Shown: in pieces, positions 1 to 10,594 of the stretch
How positions within the stretch are numbered: position 1 is the first letter of the stretch
How the letters are laid out: the number at the start of each line of letters is the position of its first letter
Origin: an uncultured Planctomycetaceae bacterium
GTDB lineage: Bacteria > Planctomycetota > Planctomycetia > Pirellulales > PALSA-1355
Assembly: GCA_963785305.1 (NCBI GenBank)
Contig: CAWAUV010000004.1
Location: 192,001-256,000 of the forward strand
DNA length: 64,000 nt
Direction of reading: 5' to 3'
Notes under the pieces: model-generated
Told to the model about the DNA's origin: nothing
Seen by the model: only the letters and a program-made list of their open reading frames with translations
Database searches by the model: none
Program-made: the position numbers and the translations under genes

Positions 1-8
1 AACGTTCC

Positions 9-770
9 ATGCAACCCGACTCCCCGCCGCTCAGCCACGAAGAACTTTTGCAACTCAAGCGCTGGAACACCCCCACGATCTACAACGGCTGGGAGCAATT
101 CACGCGACACGACGTGGGCACGCACGGCTTCAATATCGAGGAGACCCGCGACTACATGCCGCACATGGGCTCGATGGTCGGTTATGCGGTGACGGTCGTC
201 TTCGAGCCGAGCAATCCCGCCCACCGCAAGGCCAACCCCAAGGCATGGAGCGACTATCGCCGCTATGTCGCGTCGGTTCCCGGTCCGAAGATCGTGGTGG
301 TGCAAGACCTCGACAAGCCGCGCGTGTTCGGCGCTTTTTGGGGCGAGGTGAACTCGAACATCCATCGCGCGCTCGGCTGCGTCGGCACGATCGTCGACGG
401 CGCCATTCGCGATATCGACGAAATGAACAACGCCGGATTCAAGGCGCTCGCCCGCCGCGCCTGCGTCGGACACGGCTATTCGACACCCATTCGCTGGAAC
501 TGCGAGGTCGATGTGTTCGGAACGCGGGTCGAGCCTGGACAGTTGATCCATGCCGACAAGCACGGCTTCATGGTGATCCCGCGCGGCGATGAACCTCGCT
601 TGCTCGAGGCGGCGCGATTCATGGACAACAACGAATGCCAAACCGTGATCGCCGCGGCCCGCTCGGCCTCGGGCAAGACCTCCGAGGAGATACTCGAGCG
701 GATCAATGCCGCCGGCGTCAAGTTCAGAGCCAACTCGCTCGAAAAGTTCGGTCGCCGCGGCGAGTGGTAA
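9..770 (+). CDS. RraA-family / HMG aldolase-like protein
   Basis: Intact 253 aa ORF with family-like motifs FWGEVN, IVDGAIRD and VEPGQLIHADKHG. Confidence 0.8.
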   Translation: MQPDSPPLSHEELLQLKRWNTPTIYNGWEQFTRHDVGTHGFNIEETRDYMPHMGSMVGYAVTVVFEPSNPAHRKANPKAWSDYRRYVASVPGPKIVVVQDLDKPRVFGAFWGEVNSNIHRALGCVGTIVDGAIRDIDEMNNAGFKALARRACVGHGYSTPIRWNCEVDVFGTRVEPGQLIHADKHGFMVIPRGDEPRLLEAARFMDNNECQTVIAAARSASGKTSEEILERINAAGVKFRANSLEKFGRRGEW

Positions 771-817
771 TCGTGTCTTTTTTGCAACGATCAACCAAGA
801 ACACGTGAGACTCCCTC

Positions 818-3800
818 ATGTACATCGAACGCCTTTTCGCCGTGAGCTCTTCGCCCCGCGCAAGCCGCCGGGTTCTTCCCTTCCTCGCGAAACTATTGGC
901 GGTTGGGGCACTGTGCTTCGCCTTCGCGGGGCCCGGCTCCGCATGGGTCGCCGCCGAGGAGATCGGGGTGCGAATTCGATTCGGGCTCAATGACGAAGGT
1001 CCCACGGATTGGGACGGCGCCATTGAGACCTCGCGAGGCAAAGTCGCATATCTCAGCGGCTGGCGGTTTATTCAGGATGACAAAGTCCAACTCCATCCCG
1101 CGGGATGGAAAGCCTCGACCCATCCGGTGGCGCAAAACGGTCGCGGCAACAACGCGAAGAAGGCCGCGGCGCAGGCCGCTCGCCGCGACTGTAAAGACCG
1201 CCACCACCGACAACGGAGTGCTGGCCACGTTCGCGGATGTGACGGCCGACACGCGCGTGACGATCAAGACCACGCGGGGAAACTTCGAGTTTACATTCAG
1301 CGAGATTCCCTATGGCGCCATCGTGACCAAACTCGACGGCGCGGTCGAAATCGAACGCACGGGCACGGCCCAACGGTTGTCCGAGGGCCGCGCCGACGAC
1401 GATTACCCCGCCGCGGTCGTTGCCCCCGATGGCGCTCGCTATGTCGCTTATGTGAGCTATACGCCGGCCTCGAACCGCGACGAATACGACCGATTGCAGG
1501 CGAGCAGCCGACCTCGCAACTTCGCCGGTCGCAACTGGGTCCAGGAGCCCGAGGATCTCGGCTTTCTCGAACAAACTCCCGGTGGCGACCGGATTTGGCT
1601 GCGCGTCGAGCGCGACGGAAGATGGGGCGCGCCCTTGGCGGTGACCACTCCGGGGCACGACATCTATAAGCTGCGCGCTGGCGATCGATGGCGGCGGCGT
1701 TCGCGTCGCCTGGTCGGAGAACGTGGCTTGGACCGCGAACAATCCGGCCGCGAAAGATGCCGGTGGCGCGCTGGAAGGGAAACCCATCGCGACCCAGGCC
1801 ACGCCCAACTTCGAGATATTCACGCGCTCTTTCGCCGACGGCGCATGGAGCGAGCCGATCAATCTGTCGAACAATCCCGCGAACGATATCAACCCGGCTC
1901 TCGCGACTGATTCGCGGGGTCGCGTCTGGATCGCGTGGCAGGCGGTGCGCGACGGAGTGTTCCGCGTCGTCGAGCGCCACCAGATCGTGAACGCGGGGGC
2001 GGCCAATAAGTCGGCGGTCGGCGCCGTCGAATGGAACGAAGAGCGGCGAGTGAGCGACCAGACCGGCAACTGCTGGGCTCCCGCCGCGGCCGCTTCGGCC
2101 GATGGTCGCGTGGCCATCGCCTGGGATACCTACGACAAAGGCGACTACGACGTTTGGCTGCGCGAGTTTTCGGCGAACGACGGCGAGCCGCGCGACGCGC
2201 GGCCCGTGGCCAACAGCACCGACTACGAAGCCCGCCCAGCAATGGCATACGACGCCACGGACAGCTTATGGGTGGCCTACGAGTGGAGCACTCCCACCTG
2301 GGGCAAGAATTTCGGCGAGCTCGTGCAGAGACAAGGCTACCCCCTGTATCGCGGCCGACAGATCGGCCTCCTGGTGCTCAAGGATGGAAAATGGATGGAG
2401 CCGGCGGCCAGTTATCTGGGCTCGCTTCCCCACGTCAAGCCCCGCAAGAAAGTCAACAACGAACGTGTCCCCGCCATCGAGCCGGACGGCGAATCGATCC
2501 AACAAGCCCGCGACGCCGAGCTATTGCGCAATCTGGCATACAACAACATCGCCCGAATCGCGGCCGACAAATCGGGCCACATCTGGTTGTTTTGCCGTTC
2601 ACGCCAGAACGACATTCGCTTTCCCGTGCTTGGTTCGTTGTGGCTGAGTTGGGCCATCTGCTACGACGGAAAGAGTTGGATCGGCCCCATTCTTCTGCCG
2701 AATTCCGACAACCTGATGTACAACACGCCATCCGTGGCGCCGCTTCCCGGCGGGGGTATATTCGTCGCGCATTCGAGCGATCATCGGCAAGAACGATTTC
2801 CGGTGCGGGCCGCGCAGTCGCAGGCGGGGCCCGACGAAACGTGGAGCGTGCCGGGAGACCCGTTCGACAACGATGTTTATTCGAGCGTGCTGTCCGCTCC
2901 GACAGGTTCATCAAGCGCGCTGGCTGATCCCGCGTCGCTCGTGATCGCGGAGCAGCAGCCCGATTCGCATCCGCGCCGAGCAAGGCGACGCTCGACGAGC
3001 GCGCCGCGATCGCCCGGTGCCGCGGGCAACAGATCGATTATCGGGGCCGGAAACTCACGCTCATCCGCGGAGAATTCCACCGCCACACGGAGATCAGCGG
3101 CGATGGCGGCAACGACGGGCCGCTGGAGGACATGTGGCGCTACGCGCTGGACGTTGCCGCCATGGACTGGCTCGGCTGCGGCGACCACGACAATGGCGCC
3201 GGTCGCGAATACACTTGGTGGCTGACGCAAAAAACCACGGATGCCTTTCGCATCGCGGGCCGCTTCGAGCCGCCGTTTTCCTACGAACGGAGCGTCCCCT
3301 ATCCCGAGGGACATCGCAATGTGGTGTTCCCGAGGCGTGGAGTGCGGACGCTCCCCCGGCTGCCGATTACCGACCGCGACAATCCGATTCGCCCTCCCGA
3401 CACGCAAATGCTCTACAAATATCTGAAGCGGTTCGGCGGAGTCTGCGCGGCGCACACCAGCGCCACCGGCATGGGCACCGACTGGCGCGACAACGATCCG
3501 GAAGTCGAGCCGATGGTCGAAATCTATCAAGGCGATCGGCAAAACTACGAGCGCCCCGACGCCCCCCGCGCGCCGCGGGCGGATTATTCGGTCGGTGGAT
3601 GGGAGCCGAAAGGGTTCGTGAACTTGGCTCTGCTGAAGGGCTATCGTCTGGCGTTTGAATGCAGCAGCGACCACATTTCGACGCATATCAGTTACGCCAA
3701 CGTATATGCCGACGACAATTCGCCGGCCGCGCTCGTGGCCGCGATGAAGCTGCGGCATATTTACGGCGCCACCGATAACATCATTGCCGACTTCCGCGCG

Positions 3801-4097
3801 ATGGCCGACGGCATCGACCACATGCTCGGCGACGAATTCTCGTCGAGCACCCCGCCCAAATTACGGCTGCGGCTCGTCGGCACTGCGCCCTTCGCCAAAA
3901 TCACCCTGGTGAAGGACGACGTGGAAACGCCGCTTGCGTTCGAGCCGAATGCCGATGTCGAGTTATCTTGGACCGATCCCAAGCCCACGCCCGGCAAGAC
4001 CAGCTATTACTATGTCCGCGGTGAGCAGGTAGACGGCGAGTTGGTGTGGGTCTCGCCGATGTGGATCAAGTATCATCCGAGCGCGAGCGCCCCATGA
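818..4097 (+). CDS. Large secreted protein with repeat/propeller-like middle and C-terminal PHP/DUF3604-like metallohydrolase domain (about 3 apparent frameshifts)
   Basis: Signal-like N-terminus in ORF 818; coding sense continues through ORFs 903, 1723 and 3132; GEFHRHT, GDHD, GHRN, AHT and SSDH metal-ligand motifs. Confidence 0.65.
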
Positions 4098-5459
4098 AAG
4101 CCTCCCGCCGCGCTCGCGCACGTTCCGTGTTTCCCATTGCCGGGGCAGCCGAGTTGGACCCAGGGAAGCGAACCAGCCACGGGTTCCTCGGCGCTCGGAT
4201 CGCGGCGCTGGGGCTCATCCTCGGTCTCGCTTGGCTCGGCGACGCTCGATCGGCCGTCGCACATGTGGCGGACACGAGCTATGCGCAATTCAAAGTGACG
4301 CGCGACGGCATCGAATCGAAGTTTTCATTCGACTTGGGCACGCTGGCGCGCATCGCGCCCGCGCTCGACGCCGATGGCGATCACCGTGTCTCGCCCGCCG
4401 AACTCGCCGCGCGGACGCCGGCTGTTTACGAGTACCTTCGTCGACGGATTCGTTTCGAGATCAATGGGGCCGCCGCCGACCTGGGCGAGCAGCAGCCAGT
4501 AGCCTTCCTCCCGGACGCCGACGCGGAGGGCGTGTCCGAAGCCAAATTCCACGACGCCGCGTCGATCACGCATTTCGTGTTCCGACATTCCTCCGGATCG
4601 CCACCCCTCGATTTTTGGGTGGAATTCGATCTCTTTCGCGAGCTCGGGCCGCGACACACGGTGCTGGGCGCCATCGAACAGGACGGCCGAATGCAGGAGG
4701 TTCTCTTCCGCGAATCGGAGCCTGAGTATCTCCACGACACGGGCTACGAGCCCTCGCGCGACGAGGCCTCCGTCGGATCGCGAACGGGCGAACTCCCCGA
4801 GGCTCGGTCAGAAGCCTCGTTGGAAGCCGCGGCGCCAACCGCCAACTCCGCCGCAGAACGATTCTTCCGCCCGAAGATCGAACACGAGCGACTCGGCATG
4901 GCGGCAGATGGCGCGATTCTTCAGTCTGGGCGTGGAGCATATCTTCCTGGGTTACGACCACATCCTGTTTCTCCTGTCGCTGCTGATGGTCAGCCGCTTC
5001 CGCGAGCTGGTGAAGATCGTCACTTCGTTCACGGTGGCCCATACCATCACGCTGATGCTGGCGACACTGGACATGGTGCGGCTGCCGAGCCGGCTGGTTG
5101 AATCGGCGATCGCGGCGACGATCGTGTATGTGGCGGTCGAGAACTTTTGGGTGCGCGAGACCGCCCATCGCTGGCGACTGACCTTCTTTTGCGGGCTGAT
5201 CCACGGTTTCGGATTTGCCGGCGTGCTGCAAGAGCTTGGTCTCCCGGCCAAGGGACTCGTGCGTTCGCTGGTGGCGTTCAATTGCGGCGTGGAAGTGGGA
5301 CAACTGATCATCGTGGCGGCTCTCTTGCCATTAGTGACGCTGCTCGCCCGTTGGCGTTATGGCGAGGATGCCCGTCGCGTGATTTCCGGACTCATGGCGC
5401 TGTGCGGCGCTGGCTGGTTGATTGACCGCGCATGCGGTCCGAGTTTCATGCCGTTTTGA
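4094..5459 (+). CDS. HupE/UreJ-family membrane protein with N-terminal extracytoplasmic domain (frameshift near 4860-4910)
   Basis: ATGA overlap with the upstream stop; GVEHIFLGYDHILF, SFTVAHTIT, GLIHGFGFA and FNCGVEVGQ motifs. Confidence 0.8.
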
Positions 5460-5636
5460 GGTTTTCGATCGCTGGGTGACCGCGCGACGCCCGCTGGGAA
5501 GCCTGTCGCGGCTCGCGCCGATCGTTTGCGGCAAAAGCTGTTAAACCTCGAGGCTGATGGTATCTTGAAACTCTCGGAACTGAACCTGTCGGCCGCGGGG
5601 CCCGCGAAGGGCGCCGAACTCAACAAAGGAGTCGTC

Positions 5637-7173
5637 ATGCGTCGCGCCGTTCGATCGATCGTGATTGCAATGACTTGGATCGCCTGCGCCGCGCCGGGTT
5701 CCCGCGTGCTGGCTTCCGAGCCGCCGCCGCGGCCCAATATCTTATTCATCATTTTCGACGACTGGGGATGGCGCGATTCGGGCGCCTATGGCAGCGCCTG
5801 GGTCAAGACGCCGAACTTCGATCGCGTGGCGCACGAAGGTGTCCTCTTCGAGAATTGCTTCACCTCGAACCCGAAGTGCAGTCCCTGTCGCGCGAGCATC
5901 CTCACCGGTCGCAATACCTGGCAGTTGGAGGAAGCCTGCTGCCACTACGGTGTCTTCCCCTCGAAATTCGCGGTTTACCCCGACCTGCTGGAACAATCGG
6001 GCTACGTCGTGGGACTGACCGGCAAGGGCTGGGGGCCAGGCGATTTCGCGAAGGGTGGATTCAAGCGGAATCCGGCCGGACCCGTCTTCGACAAACACAA
6101 GCTCAAGCCGCCGACGACGGCGATCGGCAAGGTCGATTATGCGCAACTTCGAAACGTTTCTCGAGCAACGCCCGGTCGGCAAGCCTTTCTGCTTTTGGAT
6201 GGGCTTTCACGAGCCGCATCGCGCCTACGAAGCTGGGTCCGGACTGCGCGGCGGCAAACGGCTCTCGGACGTGAGGGTTCCCGCCTATCTGCCCGACACC
6301 GAAGCGGTGCGGAGCGATCTATTGGATTACGCCCTGGAGGTCGAATGGGGCGATGAGCAGATCGGCAAGGCGCTCGATGCCCTGGAGGCGATCGGGGAGC
6401 TGGATCGGACGCTCGTCGTCGTCACCTCGGACCATGGCATGCCCTTCCCGTTCGTGAAGGGGCAAATCTTCGAGGATGGTTTCCACCTGCCGCTGGCCAT
6501 GCGCTGGGGAGCGGGAATCAAAGCGGGACGCGTGGTCAAGGATTTTATCAACGTGCGCGATTTCGCCCCAACCTATCTTGAACTGGCGGGTTTGCCGGTG
6601 CATCCGCAAATGTCCGGCCGCGGTCTGAAAGGCATCTTGCAATCCGAACGATCGGGCGCGATCGAAAAAGATCGTGACGTGATGCTGGTTGGCAAGGAAC
6701 GCCACGACATCGGCCGCCCGCACGACTGGGGCTACCCGGTGCGAGCCATTCGCACGCCCGAGTATTTGTATGTGCAAAACTTTTTTCCGGATCGCTGGCC
6801 GGCCGGCAATCCGGAAACCGGCTTCACCAATTGCGACGCGAGCCCGACCAAGGAATTGGTCAAATCGCTGGGAGGTTATTATTTCGATCTTTCCTTAGGC
6901 AAACGGCCGCCCCGAGCGTTGTATCGGATCAGCGATGATCGCGAATGCCTATTCAACCTCGTCGACGACCCACATTTCGCCCCCATCGCCGATAAACTTC
7001 AAACGCGAATGATGGACATGCTGCGAGCCGAGCAAGACCCTCGCGCTCTGGGAAACGGCCGCCTGTTCGACACCTATCAGTACATCGGTCCACGCAAAGA
7101 CTCTTACGACCAGTGGCTAACTTCGCGTCTCGCCGAACCGCCGGCGGAGACGCCGGCGCCAAAGGGCGAATAA
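5637..7173 (+). CDS. Formylglycine-dependent sulfatase (frameshift near 6143)
   Basis: Signal peptide, PNILFIIFDD, CSPCRASILTGR (CxPxR), TSDHG; AAAGGAG ribosome-binding site before the ATG. Confidence 0.88.
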
Positions 7174-7296
7174 CAGTCTGCTGATGAAATGCCGTCGGCC
7201 GTGATCCAGCGGCAGTCGAGCCACACGACGGCGAACAGGGGCGGGGCCGCCGCCGGCCGTGGGCGCGGGCGCCATTGATTTGCTCGAATCTCGCGA

Positions 7297-7752
7297 CTAG
7301 CGAGTTTGCACCATGCGGGCCGTTTGCCGCGTGAGCGTGTCGAGCCGGGCATTGAAGGGCTCGGGCGCCAAATAGCCGTCGATCCGATCGAGCACGACCG
7401 CTTGCGGCGAAATGACAAAAGTCGTCGGAAACGCTTTCACCGCCAGCTCTTGGCTTAGCGGCGAGGGCCGCGTGGCGTCGACCACGAGCGGCACATAACC
7501 GTTGCGAATCGCCGCCGCAACGCGCGGGTCGACGAGCGTGCCACGCTTCATCTTCACGCAAAACACGCACTGCTCGCGAGTCACAAACACCAGCAGCGGA
7601 CGGCCTTGCGCCTGGGCTGCCCGCCATGCGGCGTCGACATCGGTGTGCCAGCCGCTGGGCATCGACTCCGCGGCTTGCGAACTACCGCCGAGCGCGAACG
7701 CCGCGACGAGTGTGAGAACCGTCATCAGACACAGCGGCAGCAGATTCCGCAT
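7297..7752 (-). CDS. Secreted thioredoxin-fold protein
   Basis: Signal peptide, CVFC (CxxC) and FPTT cis-Pro motif. Confidence 0.8.
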   Translation of the reverse strand: MRNLLPLCLMTVLTLVAAFALGGSSQAAESMPSGWHTDVDAAWRAAQAQGRPLLVFVTREQCVFCVKMKRGTLVDPRVAAAIRNGYVPLVVDATRPSPLSQELAVKAFPTTFVISPQAVVLDRIDGYLAPEPFNARLDTLTRQTARMVQTR

Positions 7753-7951
7753 ACTTCCCGCCTCGCGTACGGCGTGTTATCGATCTCGGCATCCGGCCGT
7801 TTGCCCACGAACTTTCATCGTCGCGGGCGGGCCGATGCGCAAAAACGAAATCGTATTCGCGGGAAGAATCGCGCGATTGACGCGCGGCTTGAGCGGAACG
7901 CGCGCGAATGCGCGATCAGGTCGGGCTTTCGCGTCGCAAGCGCCGGCGCGA

Positions 7952-8779
7952 TTATTCGTCGACCACGACAATCGTGGCGGCGTGTTTCATGGCCGGGCTC
8001 TTGATGATGCGAAACGACTTGCGGTCGGGACTGATCACGCGCAGCAGCGCTGAATGGCACTCGGACACATAGATTGTGCCATCGGCCGTGCGCGCGAAAC
8101 CCGATGGCCAATTGAGACGCTCTTCGCTCGGGGCATCGTCGCCGCCGTATTTCCAGACCGTTTTGCCAGCCGCGTCGACCTCGATCAGGAAATATCCCTT
8201 CTTGCCGGCGCCTTCGCCGCTCGAAATCAGCGTGTCGCCGTTTTCCAGCCGCTGGGCCAGATAAGGAAACGGAACTTCATACTTCCAAACGATTTCCTTC
8301 GCCGGATTGACCTCCAGCACCACATGGTCGCTCGAAGCGCAAATCAGCGTATTGCCATTGGCCAACCGCCGCGATTGGCGCATCGCGGCGCCGTTTGGAA
8401 CATCGTATCGCCAGACGACCTGTTTATCGGGGGTGATGTCGAGAATCGCATGCGCACCGTTGTCGGCCACCATCGTGTTGCCATTCGGCAGTCGCTGACA
8501 CGACTCGGCGCTTTGCACGATCGGCCGCCCGACTTCCCATACAACCTGCTTGTCGGGAGACACTTCGCGCACCACGCCCGGATTGATCAGAATGTTGCCG
8601 TTGGGCAGAAGTTGCACATCGTGGGCGTTGGAATTCGGAAAGTCCCACAGGAGCGTGCCGTCTTCCTTGAATTTGACCACCTTGCCGGTATTGTGGTCGG
8701 CGGCCCAAATATGAATCTCGGTCCGAGCGGTGTTGGCCAAGCTCGCCGCGAGTACGGCGAAATAGAGTGCGCGTCGCAT
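7952..8779 (-). CDS. Secreted beta-propeller repeat protein
   Basis: Signal peptide MRRALYF; repeated RLxNG[N/D]TL..D/E and VVW motifs. Confidence 0.7.
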   Translation of the reverse strand: MRRALYFAVLAASLANTARTEIHIWAADHNTGKVVKFKEDGTLLWDFPNSNAHDVQLLPNGNILINPGVVREVSPDKQVVWEVGRPIVQSAESCQRLPNGNTMVADNGAHAILDITPDKQVVWRYDVPNGAAMRQSRRLANGNTLICASSDHVVLEVNPAKEIVWKYEVPFPYLAQRLENGDTLISSGEGAGKKGYFLIEVDAAGKTVWKYGGDDAPSEERLNWPSGFARTADGTIYVSECHSALLRVISPDRKSFRIIKSPAMKHAATIVVVDE

Positions 8780-8968
8780 GGGCGGGGAATCCTTGAGAAA
8801 AAAATCGCGTGGCGGGAGGGATTTCGCGAATATCCGTCGGTGGCAATCGGAGCAGCCACGGTCGACAGCCGCGCCAGCCGCGAAAGAGCCGGCGTATCGC
8901 CTGGGACAATCGTACTTTGCCGGCAAGGCGACCCGCAAGCCGCTGAAGAGTGAAAGGCGAGGTTTAGC

Positions 8969-9030
8969 AGCCTATCCGGCAACTGTCCCCTCTCCCTTTG
9001 GGAGAGGGTAGGGCGAGGGCTCTCCGAAAT
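8969..9030. repeat. REP-like hairpin element, copy 1
   Basis: CCCTCTCCC-TTT-GGGAGAGGG hairpin at 8988-9008, preceded by AGCCTATCCGGCAACT; related copy near 33978. Confidence 0.7.
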
Positions 9031-9063
9031 GGAAAGCGGAAGGGTTTCCGCACGGCCTCTCTC

Positions 9064-9226
9064 GTGCTTTGTCACGGCTGAAATGATAGGTATAACCCCG
9101 TGTGCCATGCCCACGCCCAGCGTGGGCATGTTTTCGAGCGCCACGCGGAGTCCTCATGCCCACGCAGGGCCGTGGGCATGGCACACGGAACCAATCCAAC
9201 CCGTCATTTCAATTGTGACAATGCAC
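9064..9226. repeat. Nested palindromic REPIN/MITE-like element
   Basis: Imperfect outer inverted repeats 9064-9091 and 9199-9226; perfect inner 18-bp inverted repeat 9098-9115 and 9171-9188; two CATGCCCACG/CGTGGGCATG hairpins. Confidence 0.75.
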
Positions 9227-9256
9227 CAGCAGCTTGTTGAATATTTCAAAAGGCTG

Positions 9257-10576
9257 CTAAAGAAACTCCGCGATCGGCGCTCCGCCGTCGACGAGTTTGA
9301 TCGGCCGGCCGTCGCTGGTCGTGTATTCGGCCCGAGGATCGAGTCCCAAGATGGTTGAAAAGGTTACGAACAGATCCGGCACGCTGACGGGCCGCTCGGT
9401 CACATGCACGCCCTGGTCGTCGGTGGCGCCGAGCACTTGGCCGGCCCGAACTCCGGCGCCCGAAAGGCCCACGATCCAGCCTTCGGAGTAGTGATCGCGT
9501 CCGCCATCGGACTTGAACTTGGGTGTTCGGCAGAATTCGCCCATCCAGACCACCAACGTGTTTTCCAAGAGACCGCGATCTTCTAGATCGGTGAGCAGCG
9601 TGGCGTAGGCTGGGTCGACTTCTTGGCACAAAAGCGGGTTCTGCTCGTGGCCCTTGTTGTGCGTGTCCCAGCCCTGGTCGCCGCGGCTGCCGGTGCTGAT
9701 TACCTCGACGAAGCTCACGCCCTGTTCGACCAGCCGCCGCGCGAGCAGGCAACCCTGACCGAAGGCGGTGCGGCCATAGGCGTCGCGCAGTTTATCGGGC
9801 TCGCGGGCGAGATCGAACGCGCCGACGCGCGGGCTAAGCACGAACCGCGCCGCGCGGTCGTAGATCATTTGCTTCTCATGCACCGCGCTGCCGCCGCCCG
9901 CGCGGGCAAACTCGGCGTCGAGCGCGCCACTGAGCCGCAGCCGGCGCCGGAGCACATCGGCCGAGACCGTCGGCGCCAAGTTCGGCGGCAAGCGGTCGGG
10001 ATCGTCGACCTTAAACGGGTTGTATTGCACTCCTAAAATGCCCGCGTCGACATCGCGAGTCGTGATCCGCGGCTTGCCGATCCGCACAAACGCCGGCAGG
10101 TCGAATTCGGCTCGGTCGCGCTCTCGGGCCACGAGCGATCCGAACGACGGATAGCGAATCGCCTCCGAGGGCGGATAGCCGGTGCGCACCAGGGCGATGG
10201 CTCGATCGTGCTCCTTTTCCTTGCTGACCATCGAGCGAATGAGCGCGATCTTGTCCATGACTTGGGCCGTTCGCGGCCAGTATTCGGCGACCCGCACTCC
10301 ATCGAGCGCGGTATCGATCGCGGCCGCGGGGCCTTGATATTCGGAGCCCGGCTTGGGGTTGAAGGTGTCGAACTGGCTCGGGCCGCCGTCCATCCAGAGG
10401 AGAATCATCGACTTGCCGGCCGATCGCATCTCGGCCGCGCGAGCCATGAGCATGTCGCGCCACGAGAGAGTAAGTAGACCGGCGCCGGCCGACGCCGCGC
10501 CGAGCCGCTTTAGAAATCCACGGCGGCTCACCACCCCGGCTCGCGAAATTCCCACATCAACGATCGGTCGCAGCAT
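9257..10576 (-). CDS. DUF1501 domain protein
   Basis: Tat-like SRRGFLK, LWMDGGPSQFDTF, GCLLARRLVEQGV, WDTH, GEFCRTP, GRDH. Confidence 0.9.
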   Translation of the reverse strand: MLRPIVDVGISRAGVVSRRGFLKRLGAASAGAGLLTLSWRDMLMARAAEMRSAGKSMILLWMDGGPSQFDTFNPKPGSEYQGPAAAIDTALDGVRVAEYWPRTAQVMDKIALIRSMVSKEKEHDRAIALVRTGYPPSEAIRYPSFGSLVARERDRAEFDLPAFVRIGKPRITTRDVDAGILGVQYNPFKVDDPDRLPPNLAPTVSADVLRRRLRLSGALDAEFARAGGGSAVHEKQMIYDRAARFVLSPRVGAFDLAREPDKLRDAYGRTAFGQGCLLARRLVEQGVSFVEVISTGSRGDQGWDTHNKGHEQNPLLCQEVDPAYATLLTDLEDRGLLENTLVVWMGEFCRTPKFKSDGGRDHYSEGWIVGLSGAGVRAGQVLGATDDQGVHVTERPVSVPDLFVTFSTILGLDPRAEYTTSDGRPIKLVDGGAPIAEFL

Positions 10577-10594
10577 GTTCGCGTTTCCGGAAAG

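Noticed and set aside
8960..9230. CRISPR array
   Set aside because: The repeats are inverted, lack regular unique spacers, and no cas genes are in the window.
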